A stretch of 64,000 bases of DNA from Octopus sinensis (lineage: Eukaryota). The notes under the pieces are model-generated. The model was not told the origin of the DNA. It ran no database searches and was given only the letters and a program-made list of their open reading frames with translations. The position numbers and the translations under genes are program-made. Location of the stretch: positions 7,192,001 through 7,256,000 of the forward strand of contig NC_043010.1 in NCBI RefSeq assembly GCF_006345805.1. Reading direction: 5' to 3'. Positions 13,500 through 25,920 of this stretch are shown one piece after another (within the stretch, counting starts at the first letter, position 1; each line of letters starts with the position of its first letter).

Positions 13500-13940
13500 C
13501 AAATATTTTGAATCATTTATCTTTTGTTTTTATTTGTTTTAGTCACTAGAGTGTGGTCATACTGGGGCACCATCTTAAAGAATTTTTAGCTTGAGTCAAC
13601 CCCAATAGTTACTTTTTTTTAAGCCTGGTACTTATTTTATTGATCTCTTTTGCTGAACTACTAGGTTATAAGAATGTAAACACACCAACACTGGTTGTTG
13701 AGTGGTGGGGGAGGACAAACACTGATACAAGAAGCGCACACATGCATACATACATACAAACATACACATGCATGCATGCACACACACACACACACATACA
13801 TGCATGAAAGGCTTCTTTCAGTTTCCATCTGCCATATCTTCTCACAAGGCATTGGTCAGCCCAAGGCTGTAGTAGAAGACACTTGCTCAAGGTGCCATAC
13901 CGTAGGATTGAACCCAGAAACATGTGGTTGGGAAGTAAAT
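13500..13940 (-). mobile_element. Family A SINE, diverged
   Basis: GAAGACACTTGCTCAAGG core and the same layout as other copies. Confidence 0.7.
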
Positions 13941-14198
13941 CACTGCATCTATTTCATTATTAGCTCTTCTCCTTTTAGGATTATTTGTAAACAGTATGAC
14001 ACAACCAATGGTGATGCTTACATCCAGCATAAAGTCTGTGATGCGCCACCTGATATTTTGCACATATTAGTAATGATGGTCAGGAAAGGGCTTAAATGAA
14101 AGGGTTTGTGAGATATATGATACTAAGTGCAAACTGACAAAATATACCCACTCTGTAGATGAGTATCATTAATATTGTGAAATGGTTACTAAAGAATA

Positions 14199-14612
14199 TT
14201 GGCGAGCTGGCAGAATTGTTAGCACACCGGGCGAAATGCTTAGCGGTATTTCGTCTGCCATTACGTTCTGAGTTCAAATTCTGCTGAGGTCGACTTTGCC
14301 TTTCATCCTTTCGGGGTCGATTAAATAAGTATCAGTTATGCACTGGGGTTGATATGATCCACTAAATCCGTTTGTCTATCCTTGTTTGTCCCCTCTGTGT
14401 ATAGCCCCTTGTGGGTAGTAAAGAAATAGGTATTTCATCTGTCTTTATGTTCTGAGTTCAAATTCTGCTGAGGTCGACTTTACCTTTCATCCTTTCGGGG
14501 TCGATTAAATAAGTACCACTTACGCACTGGGGTTGATATGATCCACTAAATCCATTTGTCTGTCCTTGTTTGTCCCCTCTGTGTATAGCCCCTTGTGGGC
14601 AGCAAAGAAATA
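14199..14612 (+). mobile_element. Family B SINE with tandem duplication of its 3' ~185 bp
   Basis: The second unit restarts at GGTATTTC (about 14429) and shares private variants with the first. Confidence 0.85.
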
Positions 14613-14859
14613 AATATTATATTTACCTTTCCTTTCCTTTCCTTTCCACTTTATCTTTTCATCTTTATTTATTTGTTTACCTATTTGTGATGTTACCTAT
14701 TGTTAAAACAATTGCTTGATGTGATGTATTTTCAAAGCACTGATACTTATTCAATAAAAATTGCTAAAGAGTGCAAAATAAACAAAACCTGAACAGTTAT
14801 AGTTTGGGGTTTTTTTTTTTTCATAATAGATGTGTCCTTAATTTCAAAACAATCCAATG

Positions 14860-15200
14860 CATATTGGTGGAATCAGTCCAGATACAAATGAATATCTTAT
14901 GGTGGAAATTATAGAAATATGAAGAATCTCAACAGAAAGTATGCAAAAGACCATTAAAGGGATGGCCAGTGGGTATTTAAGGATATAGTTGAAGGAAACA
15001 CAAAGAGATGTTTCTTTGAAGAACCTACTGCTCAATATTTACAAGTGGATCAATAGTATGTTCTGACAATTGGTATTCTATAATAGAGAGAACCACAGTA
15101 AAAATTTCATCAATCCTGCTAACCTTGATGCGCATATGCGAAGTATGGAGACATTTTGGTCTTATGCCATGAAAAAAATTGAACCTGATGAATAGTATAT
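14860..15200 (+). pseudogene. Merlin (IS1595/ISXO2-like) DNA transposase remnant
   Basis: Pieces IGG...VEI, KYAKDH*RDGQWVFKDIVEGNTKRCFF and NHSKNFINPANLDAHMRSMETFWSYAMK match the Merlin motifs QWVFG and VNHSxxFVNPxxGAHTQxIESxW. Confidence 0.7.
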
Positions 15201-15222
15201 CTCAAGAATTTTTCTGTAGTTA

Positions 15223-15630
15223 TAGGCATAGGAGTAGCTGTGTGGTAAGTAGCTTGCTTATGAACCACATGATTCCGGGTTCAGTCACATTGCGTGGCAC
15301 CTTGGGCAAATGTCTTCTACTATAGCCTCAGACCAACCAAAGCCTTGTGAGTGGATTTAGTAGATGGAAAGTGAAAGAAGCCCGTCGTATATATGTATAT
15401 ATATATATGTATGTGTGTGTGTATGTTTGTGTGTCTGTGTTTGTTCCCCCAACATCACTTGACAACCGATGCTGGTGTGTTTACATCCCTGTAACTTAGC
15501 AGTTCAGCAAAAGAGACCGATAGAATAAGTACTAGGCTTACAAAGAATAAGTCCTGGGATCGATTTACTCGACTAAAGGCGGTGCTCCAGCATGGCCACA
15601 GTCAAATGACTGAAACAAGCAAATGAGTTA
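15223..15630 (+). mobile_element. Family A SINE
   Basis: Full-length match. Confidence 0.9.
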
Positions 15631-15744
15631 CTTGATAGAATTTTACTGGAGATGGTACGATATATATATGAACATAGTGATGATCAAGTAGTTTAAAAAA
15701 ACTAATTATTATTTGGCAAGAGCAAGTTCTATAATTCATTCTAT

Positions 15745-16085
15745 CTTTTACTTGTTTCAGTCACATGTGGAGGTAGCATCTTGAAGAGCTTAGCTGAACA
15801 AGTCAACGCCTTTTGCTGAAGGGGGATAAAAACAACCCAACACCATTTATCTAGCGAGGGCGGGGGTGGGGAACAAACACAAACACAAAGACACACAGAT
15901 ATAAACATATATATGTATATAAAGGGATTCTTTCAGTTTCCATCAACCAAAGCCCTTTACAAGGATTTTGGGTGGCCTGGGGCTTTAGTAGAAGGCACTT
16001 GGCCAAGGTCCCACAGCACTTGGACTGAACACGTAACCATGTGGTTGGGAAGCAAACTTCTAACTACACAGCCACCTCTGTGCCT
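15745..16085 (-). mobile_element. Family A-related SINE, diverged
   Basis: GAAGGCACTTGGCCAAGG core and ACCATGTGGTTGGGAAGCAAAC. Confidence 0.6.
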
Positions 16086-16238
16086 GTATATTTATTTTTT
16101 GAATTTACTCTCTCTCTCTCTCTCTCTCTCTTTTACTCTTTTACTTGCTTCAGTCATTTGACTGTGGTTATGCTGGAGCACCACCTTGAACTTTCTTCAC
16201 AAAACAACTGATCCAAAAAGTTTCATACCCATTCTATA

Positions 16239-16929
16239 TTAATCCTTTCATTACCAACACAGCTGAAACCAGCTCTGGCTCTGAGTACAAATGTCTTGTT
16301 TTCATAAGTTTTGAATTAAAATCTTCCACCAAACCTTAGTCACAATTTATGTTCCTACCACTAGCTTAATGATAACCTTATTTTTTTATTAAATTCTTTG
16401 TTATATTTAGACTAATTGGAAGAAACACAGAGCATCTGTAACAAAAGGCTTTAAAATATATAATAGAGAAACAATTCTTAACCCTTTTGATACCAACCCA
16501 GCTGAAACCGGCTCTGGCTCTATAGTACAAATGTTTTGTTTTCATAAGTTTTTGAATTAAAATCTTCCACCAAACCTTAGTTACAATTTATGTCCCTAAC
16601 ACTTGCTTAATGATAACCAAGTTATTTTACTAAATTCTTTGTTATATTTAGAATAATTGGAAAGAAACACAGAGCATCTTAACAGAAATATGGTAACAAA
16701 AGAGTTAACAAATTATTAATTTAACCCTTTCAATATCAACCCACCTCTGGCTCTGTAGTACAAATGTCTTGTTTTCATAAATTGTTTTCCACCAAACCTT
16801 AATCACAATTTATGTCCTTAACACTTGCTTAATGATAACTGAGATATTTTACTAAATTCTTTGTTATATTTAAAGCAATTGAAAGAAACACAGAGCATCT
16901 CAACAGAAATATGGTAACAAAAGGGTTAA
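16239..16929. mobile_element. Three consecutive ~210-230-bp piggyBac-like MITEs (16239-16454, 16478-16708, 16721-16929)
   Basis: Each starts TTAA|(C/T)CCTTT. Copies 2 and 3 end TGGTAACAAAAG(A/G)G|TTAA. Internal sequences are homologous. Confidence 0.8.
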
Positions 16930-18017
16930 TCACTTGTTATTTTGATACCTAAAATACGACCCAACACACATTGTTCCCTAAAAGTTGAGGTAAAAACGAT
17001 GAGGACAATGATGATAGTAGTGGTGGCGATGGTGGGGGCAGCAGCAATTTTGGCCATGGTGACAACGATGACAATAATGATATACCAAAGTGTTCATGAT
17101 AGCAATGAACTGCTTAAACTTTTTCACTTTATACAAACCAAATTCACATAGAATAACTATATCTTTTTTTTTTTTAATATATTGACCAATCTTTCTATTG
17201 TCTACAAACTGTGTATGACTGTTAATTATTGATTTATATCTTTACACTAAAATCGATTATATTAATTTATTTATTAATTTTGTGGGATTTTGTGTCATTA
17301 TACAATTTTGATATCTACCATCAATTTTTCTGTCATGTTTCATAATGTACTGCAATTCCATCTTATTGTAAATGCATGCCTGATCGACGAGTGGATTAAT
17401 TTGATGCCTGTGTGTTTAATATAACAGTTAGAAGAATGAAATTAACAGCTTTTATGTTTGAAATTAAAATGTTATATTGCACTGGTTATTTGAAATAATT
17501 TTGTCATCTATTATTGATAATTAAGTTACTATTATTTATGTCTTCATTATGAAATTTCTACTATTAGTTTTATCATTAGAATTAATATATTTAGTATTCT
17601 GTTTTATCAGCTCTTAAAAGACAAATTTATCAAACCTATATCCAATATTCAATTAAATTAGTTCAAGCATATATTGCCTATTAGCTGCGTGTTGCTACAT
17701 TTTCTCTGAAATGTTGCATCTGTTACTGTATTATATCATAAGAATGAATATCATTTAGAATTATCTCCGTTATGGTTATTTCTTGGAACAGTGAAGAATT
17801 TAAAAGAGAACTGAAAGGTTAGTCCCCTCCCCACTAAATACAGTTCTTATGTTTTAGAGAAAATGAGTGGCTGGTTGTAAAGAGACTGAAATGACAGAGA
17901 GATGGATTAAATAGAGTTTATAGTTTCACCAAATGAACATTGTAAATTCCTATCCTGCTAGATTCCATAAAATATTCACCAGGCATATACCGAGTTGTGA
18001 AACTGTGTGGTCTAATG

Positions 18018-18248
18018 GGCGGTGAGCTGGCAGAAATGTTAGCACGTCGGGCGAAATGCATAGAGGTATTTCGTCTGCCGTTACGTTGTAAGTTCAAATT
18101 CTGCCGAGGTCGACTTTGCCTTTCATCCTTTTGGGGTCGATAAATTAAGTACCAGTTACGCACTGGGGTCGATGTAATCGACTTAATACCTATGTCTGTC
18201 TTTGTTTGTCTCCTCTGTGTTTAGCCCCTTGTGGGTAGTAAAGAAATA
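18018..18248 (+). mobile_element. Family B SINE, full length
   Basis: Head, Nin core and tail ending GTAGTAAAGAAAT. Confidence 0.9.
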
Positions 18249-18984
18249 TGTTACAGCGTAGAGCTTTTAATTGTTACGTCATGAGTTCAATTGTTGAACT
18301 GGGCTGCACATTGCATTCTTGAGCAAGTCACTTTGTTACACATTACTCGAATACAGTAAGCTGCAGATGAATACTAGTGGCACCTAGAAATTAGCCTTGC
18401 AATAGAATTGTCCCCATTCCGCTAGTAGACTTATACTCTCTGCCTAAATTCCTTTAAGATCCGAATAAGCTCTGATGTCATGAACCTGTAGGCTTTGAAT
18501 TAGTTATACCGAGTTTATTTTTATCAATTTATTTATTTTATACCACATTTATATATTACAATTAGCATTATTGGTTACAACTTTCCAACAGGCTAAATCT
18601 CAATAACTCTTTTCCTACACAACAGTGGCCTTCTGCCAATATGAGAAATAATAAAATATGGAACCTACCAGCAGGATCCAAGGAGACAAGTTTTAGTCTG
18701 CATATGTAATTAGTGAGCATAAACAGTTTTAAAGTGGTGTAAATTAGTTTGTCATGAGAAAGAAGGAAAAGTCTAATATTTGAGCTTTAGAGGAATTGAG
18801 TAATTTACTAAATTTCAACTAGCAGGAGGAAATTTAGGTATCTGGTGCTTTGTTGTTATGGAAACAATTTTCTACTCATCTAAACTTCAAGCTGCAAATT
18901 GTATTTGTAATAAAATTTGGTACAGCTGTAAGACAATTATACGAAATGATGCAAATAGTTGTTTCCAGAAAAATATGCATCTGT

Positions 18985-19500
18985 GTTGGTGTGTGTGTGT
19001 GTGTTTCTGTGTGTGAGTGTGTGTGCATGCATTTGTGTATATGTGTGTTTGTGCGTGTGTGTGTGTGTGCATGCATCTGTGTATGTGTGTGTGTGTGTGT
19101 GCTGGTGTCTGTGTGTATATGTGTGTTTGTGTGTGTGAGTGTGTGTGCATGCATTTGTGTATATGTGTGTTTGTGTGTGTGAGTGTGTGTGCATGCATTT
19201 GTGTATATGTGTGTTTGTGTGTGTGTTGGTGTGTTGGTGTGTGTGCATGTGTGCATGCATCTGTGTGTATGTGTGTTTCTGTGTGTGTGTGTGTGTGTGT
19301 GCATGTGTGTCTGCATGTATGTGTGTATGTGTATGCATGCGTGTGTGTTGGTGTCTGTTTTGGTATGTTTGTGTGTATGTGCATGTGTATGTACATGTAT
19401 ATGTACATACATGTGTTTGTGTGTTTGTGTGTGTCTGTGTGTCTGTGTGTTTGTGTGTGTCTGTGTGTCTGTGTGTGTGTGCATGCATTGAAGTGTGTGT
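18985..19500. repeat. Complex (TG)n tract with repeated ~42-bp higher-order units
   Basis: GAGTGTGTG...CATGCATTTGTGTATATGTGTGTTTGTG recurs three times. Confidence 0.85.
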
Positions 19501-20127
19501 GAACATAGAAATTCATGGAATGCACCAGCAAGGTTCTTTGGAGTAGTCCAAAAACTCTATTGTCAATTCTACAGAAATCATTATCAACAACGTGTATAAG
19601 AAATAAATTTATCACAATTAACTTGACGACTCTTCATACTACATTACCTTACAAATATCTAATTTGTGTTTTGCTTGAAATAATTGGATTGGCATTCAGC
19701 AGTATAAAGAAAAAAAGTAATATAAAACAAACCACTAAATAAATAAATAAATAAATAGATAAATAAGCCATTCAGATGTAATACAACATTCAGAATATTG
19801 AAAATATTTGGCATTACAGCATTTGGCAAAACATTTGCAGAAAAAATTAAGTAACCAAAGTAATTTTCACATTGGAAATTGTGCTGTCTATTGCATTAAA
19901 AGAGTTGTCAACTTCATTCCATCAGTTATAAAAGAGTGATCCCTTTATATGTAATACAATTTGACTGTGGTTGTATGGTAAGAAGTTTGCTTCCCAACCA
20001 CTTGGTTCCAGGTTAGGTTCAGTCTCATAGCAGATAGCGTCATGTGTGAGTGCTTTCTACGATAGCCCCCTGGACTGACCAAAGCCTTGTGAGTGGACTT
20101 GGTTGATGGAAACTGAGAGAAACCCAT

Positions 20128-20191
<64 letters not shown>

Positions 20192-20231
20192 AATATATAT
20201 ATATATATATAAAAATATACATATATATACG

Positions 20232-20279
<48 letters not shown>

Positions 20280-20569
20280 CATGTATATAGGGAGACAATC
20301 ATTTGCACTTAACCTTACTTCTTTGTCCACGCATTCAACAACTACCTACAAGGTATTTTCTTCCCCCACTTTGAAGAGAGGTTATAGACCACTGGCCTTT
20401 AGGGTCTGAAGAGATGCTGTGAAGCTAAGTGCTTTATGGAAGTGAAACCCAGATTACCCAACAGACTAACTATAACTATCTTAATCTAATTACATTTGTG
20501 TATGTGTGTATACACATATATACATACTATATATACATATAGACATGTATATACATACATACTTTCTGA

Positions 20570-20800
20570 AGGTGGTGAGCTGGCAGAACCGTTAGCAAGC
20601 TGGGCGAAATGCATAGCCGTATTTCGTCTGCCGTTACGTTCTGAATTCAAATTCCACCGAGGTCGACTTTGCCTTTCATCCTTTCGGGGTTGATAAATTA
20701 AGTACCAGTCACACACTGGGGTCGATGTAATTGACTTAACCCGTTTGTCTGTCCTTGTTTGTCACCTCTATGTTTAGCCCCTTGTGGGTAATAAAGAAAC
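20570..20800 (+). mobile_element. Family B SINE, full length
   Basis: Head, Nin core and tail. Confidence 0.9.
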
Positions 20801-20818
20801 ATATATACATACTTTATT

Positions 20819-21090
20819 ATTAAAGCTGCAAAAGCATCACAAAAAACTGTTACTCAGAGTTTTACATTGCCATTCATTGGGCAGTAATGGTGAAGAATGG
20901 AATAAAAAGTTTTATATTCCATTCTTGATCACAACTGCCTGATGAATGGGAACGTGAAACTCTGAGATATTTTGTGATATTTTTGTGATGTTCTTGCATT
21001 TTAATAATATAAAGCATATTACTGTACCTCAGTATTCAAGAACTATTCTTTTACCACCTTGTTTCACATTTATGTGCTTACTCAGGTGTG
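20819..21090 (+). mobile_element. Penelope-like terminal repeat with partial inverted copy (family H2)
   Basis: 20819-20904 is an imperfect inverted copy of 20915-21004, and both arms carry hammerhead parts. Confidence 0.65.
20933..20972 (+). ncRNA. Minimal hammerhead ribozyme motif, family H2, canonical core
   Basis: AACTGC CTGATGA ATG GGAA CGT GAA ACTC T GAG. The 3' end is damaged here but intact in the inverted arm (ACTC T GAGT A ACAGTT). Confidence 0.6.
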
Positions 21091-21097
21091 TATATAT

Positions 21098-21104
21098 CAT
21101 CATT

Positions 21105-21136
<32 letters not shown>

Positions 21137-21370
21137 TTAATGTCCGCTTTCCATGCTAGCATGGATTGGACGATTTGACTGAGGTCTGGCAAACCAGATG
21201 GCTGCACCAGACTCCAATCTGATCTGGCAGAATTTCTACAGCTGGATGCCCTTCCTAACGCCAACCACTCCGAGAGTGTAGTGGGTGCTTTTTACGTCCC
21301 ACCAGCATGAGGGCCAGTCAGGCAGTACAGGCAATGGCCACGCTCAAATGGTGCTTTTTATGTGCCACCT
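21098..21370 (-). mobile_element. RTE 3' UTR copy (family C)
   Basis: (CAT)n followed by TTTAATGTCCGCTTTCCATGCTAGCATGG...GGATGCCCTTCCTAACGCCAACC. Confidence 0.85.
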
Positions 21371-22095
21371 GCTAACACATATATATATATATATATATAT
21401 ACATTTGTGTCTGTTTTTGTCTTTGTTGATCCACCACCAGCATTTGGTTTATTTACATCCTTGTAGCTTAGTGATTTGACAGAACAAAAGACTGATAGAA
21501 TAAGTAATAGACTTAGAAAAAAAAAAAACTGTGGTCAATTTGTTTGACCAAAATCTTCAAGCTTGTCTCCATCATGGTTGCAGACCAATGTCTGCTAAAG
21601 TTCAAGGATTTCTAGAGAAGAGACTTAGAAGTTGATGAATACAATTCCATTTTATTAAATTAGTTGAATCTGCATGGAGGTGTGTTTTCAATTATGAAAA
21701 TAGCTCCTACTTACTATAACACTATAAATATAGAAGTAAACTCTGTGGGGATCACCTTGCTATGCACAAACCCTAAATTACTTTTAAGGATGACAAAGGC
21801 AATTTCCTATCTTACCCAGTCCTGAATATAGATTAATCAACCAATTCCAAAACGAATTGGGAATTGTTAGGTTAGCAAGTGTATTTTCAATACAATTAAC
21901 TCTAAAATCACGACTCTTATGAAGCTAGAACAATGGTACTGCAGCACTGAATACATACACACACACATACAGAAATACACACACACACTCATATATATAT
22001 ATATATATATACCCCCCACACACACACACACATACATACATACATACACTAGATGGAGTACTATTTTTGTTGATCTTTCTATCACGGAACAGTAC

Positions 22096-22133
<38 letters not shown>

Positions 22134-23054
22134 GTACTGTTCTGTGATAAAAGGGTTTATAACACTTATTTCTAGCAATATAGGTAGTAGTTAACACTGT
22201 CAGTCACAGTTAGTGACATTTGAATTTTTCTTTTTTGGTTTTATATTTTTGGGTTTTATACAGCTGCCTTCATTATTTCATTCGTGTGTGTGTGTGTATA
22301 ATCCGAGAATTTGATTAGGATTATTTTGTTCATCTTTAAGAATAAAAATTTGAATGGATTAAATGTGATATGTATTTACACAACCCAAATGTAGACTAAA
22401 TGTAGATTACTTGATATATATATACATATAAATGTAGAATAAAGTATTTCTGCTATGATATAGTCCATTAAAAATAATACATCATTACTTCTAGTTTCAT
22501 ATCTAGTTTCTAATTTAGCAGTCTACAAATGGTAAAGAAAATCATCAGCTGTATAATAAAAGACACACGTACAAAAATTTATTGCGTTTTATGCTAATTA
22601 GAAATATCATAAGGGAAATAATTTGTTGATTATAAATATATTTGTCTGTCTGTCTGTCTTTCTGTCATTTTATGTATCTAGCTTTCTGTGTTAGTATCAT
22701 TGTGTTTCTCCTATTTCTGTTTTACTCACTCTCAGCTGAATACTTACTGTTATCACTCTCTCCCTTTCTCTCTCTCCTTCCTCTTCTCTGTCACTCTCCC
22801 CTTTATTTTTTTTCTTTCTCTCTCCCTCTTCTTCTCTCTCCCCCTCTCTCTTTCTATATTTCTAAAATTCTCCACTCAGCTTTCTACTTATATTCATCTT
22901 TCTTTGCACCTGCCCTTATCAATATGCAAACAGTCGCACATGTTTGTATGTGCAAACATGCATATACACATATACACACATAACTCGTATTTTATTATAC
23001 AACAAACTTCATTAAACCAGTATGGTAGCCTCTATGTGGTCATTCAACCTCCTT

Positions 23055-23165
23055 GAAGTAATGCTGCGATGGACTGACATCCCGTCCAGCTGGGGAACAC
23101 ATACGCCATTGAAACCGGGAAACCAGGCCCATGAGCCTGCCTAGGCTTTAAAAGGGTGCATTTAA
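23055..23165 (+). mobile_element. 3' part of a family E SINE
   Basis: Matches about 5110-5215. Confidence 0.75.
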
Positions 23166-23229
23166 TTTTTAACTATTATGTGTCTACCTATCTATCAGTC
23201 TATCTATCAAACTATAGTGATAGATTGAC

Positions 23230-23270
<41 letters not shown>

Positions 23271-23491
23271 GTTCTATAGGTGACCAGATATTGATTGATG
23301 TTCGTTACTTTTCCTCTCTGCCTGTGTGGATTGTTTTCAAGTAGTTTGATTTTTCTGGGAGTCCCATTTTAAAGTAGAAGAAATAGCTAACGGTTTTTGG
23401 CTGCTATTCCTAAGCTTTGGTATGTGGTAAATCAAATCTTTGCTGAACCCTATTTATTGAGTATATATATATATATATATATATATAAAGA

Positions 23492-23527
<36 letters not shown>

Positions 23528-23884
23528 TAGGTAAGTATGTAAATAGATAGACAGACATACATACAGAGTGATAGACTGACAGACAGACTGGCAGACAGAC
23601 AGGCAGACAGAGAGATAGTCAGATAAATATCACTTTCTCTCACTGTTGTAATCTCTGCGACTTATTCACGGCTTCTCTGCCAACAGTAGCATCTTATTTT
23701 TGACTTGGATTCCCTATAAAATTAGTTGAAACAAACCCTTGAGAAAGTAGAGCAGTTTGTATACATAAGTAAAATGCTTGAAAGCAATACTCCAGCATTG
23801 TCGTATTCTACTAATTAAAACCAGTAAATCAAAGAAAACACACACACACATACACATGTATATGTATATGTATGTGTATGCCCG

Positions 23885-23920
<36 letters not shown>

Positions 23921-24113
23921 CTGTTGGCGATTTTTTTTTTCCCTTCTGTCTTCCCTTCTCTGGATCTTTCCTTCTCCTATGTTTCCGACGAAGAGCTCCG
24001 CTCGAAATGTTAAACCCTCCTTCTTTCCTTCTTTCCTGAGCGTCCAATAATACCATATTTGTTTCACGTCCTCGCGTTGTGTTTTTTTGTGCTTTCTTGT
24101 TTGGATTAACTTT
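23921..24113 (+). mobile_element. Family H1 Penelope-like terminal fragment in (TA)n
   Basis: Homologous to 566-778, with (TA)n on both sides. Confidence 0.6.
23981..24015 (+). ncRNA. Minimal hammerhead ribozyme motif, family H1 (U4C variant)
   Basis: GTTT CCGACGA A GAGC TCC GCTC GAA AT GT T AAAC. Confidence 0.6.
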
Positions 24114-24123
24114 ATATATATAT

Positions 24124-24205
<82 letters not shown>

Positions 24206-24696
24206 CACACACACACATATACATACATATATATATAAATATATATATATGTATATATATGTGTATGTGTGTATATGAAGTCACTTGGAATGGATCCAAA
24301 GGCCATAGAAACCCTTGCTTCAGGTTGAGTTGGATGGCGAACAAAAGTGTGGAGTGGAGTGAAAGCTTTTGAGGAGGCCAGGAGGACACATGCAAGGACT
24401 CAAGAGAGATTCAAAGAAGGATGTTGCAATCAAGAAGGTGAATCTCAGTGACCTTTTTTGTGTGCATAATTTGTGTAAGACCATGCCTTTCTTTTGCTGG
24501 GCTCAAATCTCATTGTGGACCCATAAAAAACAAACTCCCACCAACTACTCCGCCTATATATATCTGTGCACCCTTTTCAATGCTGTGGATGCCATAAGGT
24601 CTGCAAACCTAACAGAGGCTTCAAAAGACATTTTAAGACCCACGAAGATCAGAACTTAACTGCAGCTCTTGGTTGTCCAAATCAGATATGCAAATC

Positions 24697-24730
<34 letters not shown>

Positions 24731-24827
24731 TTATATATATATATATATATATCATCATCATCATCATATATATATATATATATGCATATGTGTGCATATG
24801 TGTGTACTTATGTATTTCATACATACA

Positions 24828-24905
<78 letters not shown>

Positions 24906-25417
24906 TAAATATATGTATATATATATATATATATATATAGTCAAAGTATGTTTTGTCCAGTTTTCACTAATAAACATTAAATATATAATTTGTTAGATTT
25001 TTATAAGAAAAACATATATTCTGAAATGATTTTTCATAACATATTTGATTTAATAAATCATAATTTAAGAAAGAAAAAAACAGCAACTTATTTTTTTTAT
25101 TCTAATAATATGAATTAAACATACTTATTTAATATCTTGATACATAATAGGATTTGAATAAATTGACCATAATCACAATTAAGTTATTTTTATCATAAAT
25201 TAATATATTCACGTAAACAAGAATCTGATAGCAAAATGTTACATTCAATGATGGAATTGAATACACACTTCTCCAGCTGTGTATTACTTTATATTTGATT
25301 TAAAATTTAAAATATATACCACCCATAATTGTGTCCAATTTCATTCGTGTTTCTCTAGTATCTATTCCTGTTTATGTAGCAGTTTCCAATTTAATTTATT
25401 TCCTAAGCTCCACTTTC

Positions 25418-25797
25418 ATCATCATCATCATCATCATCATTTAACGTCCGTTTTTCTATGCTAGCATGGGTTGCACGGTTTGACCGGGATCTGGTAAACC
25501 ATGGAGGCTGCACCAGGCTCCAGTCAGATCTGGCAATGTTTCTACAGCTGGATGCCCTTCCTAACGCCAACCACTCCATGAGTGTAGTGGGTGATTTTTA
25601 CGTGCCACCGGCATAGGTGCCAGAGCAGGCTGGCAAACGGTCACGATCAGTTGGTGCTTTTATGTGTCACCGACATGGACGCCAGTCAGGCGGCGCTAGT
25701 ATCTGCCACATTCGGATGGTTCTTTTTACGTGTCACCAGCATGGGTGTCTTAACTGCAATTTTCCTTTGAATTTTTATTTTGATGTTGATGTACTTG
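25418..25797 (-). mobile_element. RTE 3' UTR copy (family C)
   Basis: (CAT)n tail, body and modules. Confidence 0.85.
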
Positions 25798-25920
25798 ACT
25801 CAACAGGTCTCCCCAAGAACTCAACAGGTCTCATCAAGATAACTCAACAGTTCTCCTCAAGAACTCAACAGGTCTTGTCAAGATAACTCAAAAGGTCTCC
25901 TCAAGAACTCAACAGGTCTC
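25798..25920. repeat. Minisatellite of alternating 21/23-bp units (about 5.7 units)
   Basis: ACTCAACAGGTCTCCTCAAGA(TA); unit starts at 25798, 25819, 25842, 25863, 25886 and 25907. Confidence 0.9.
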
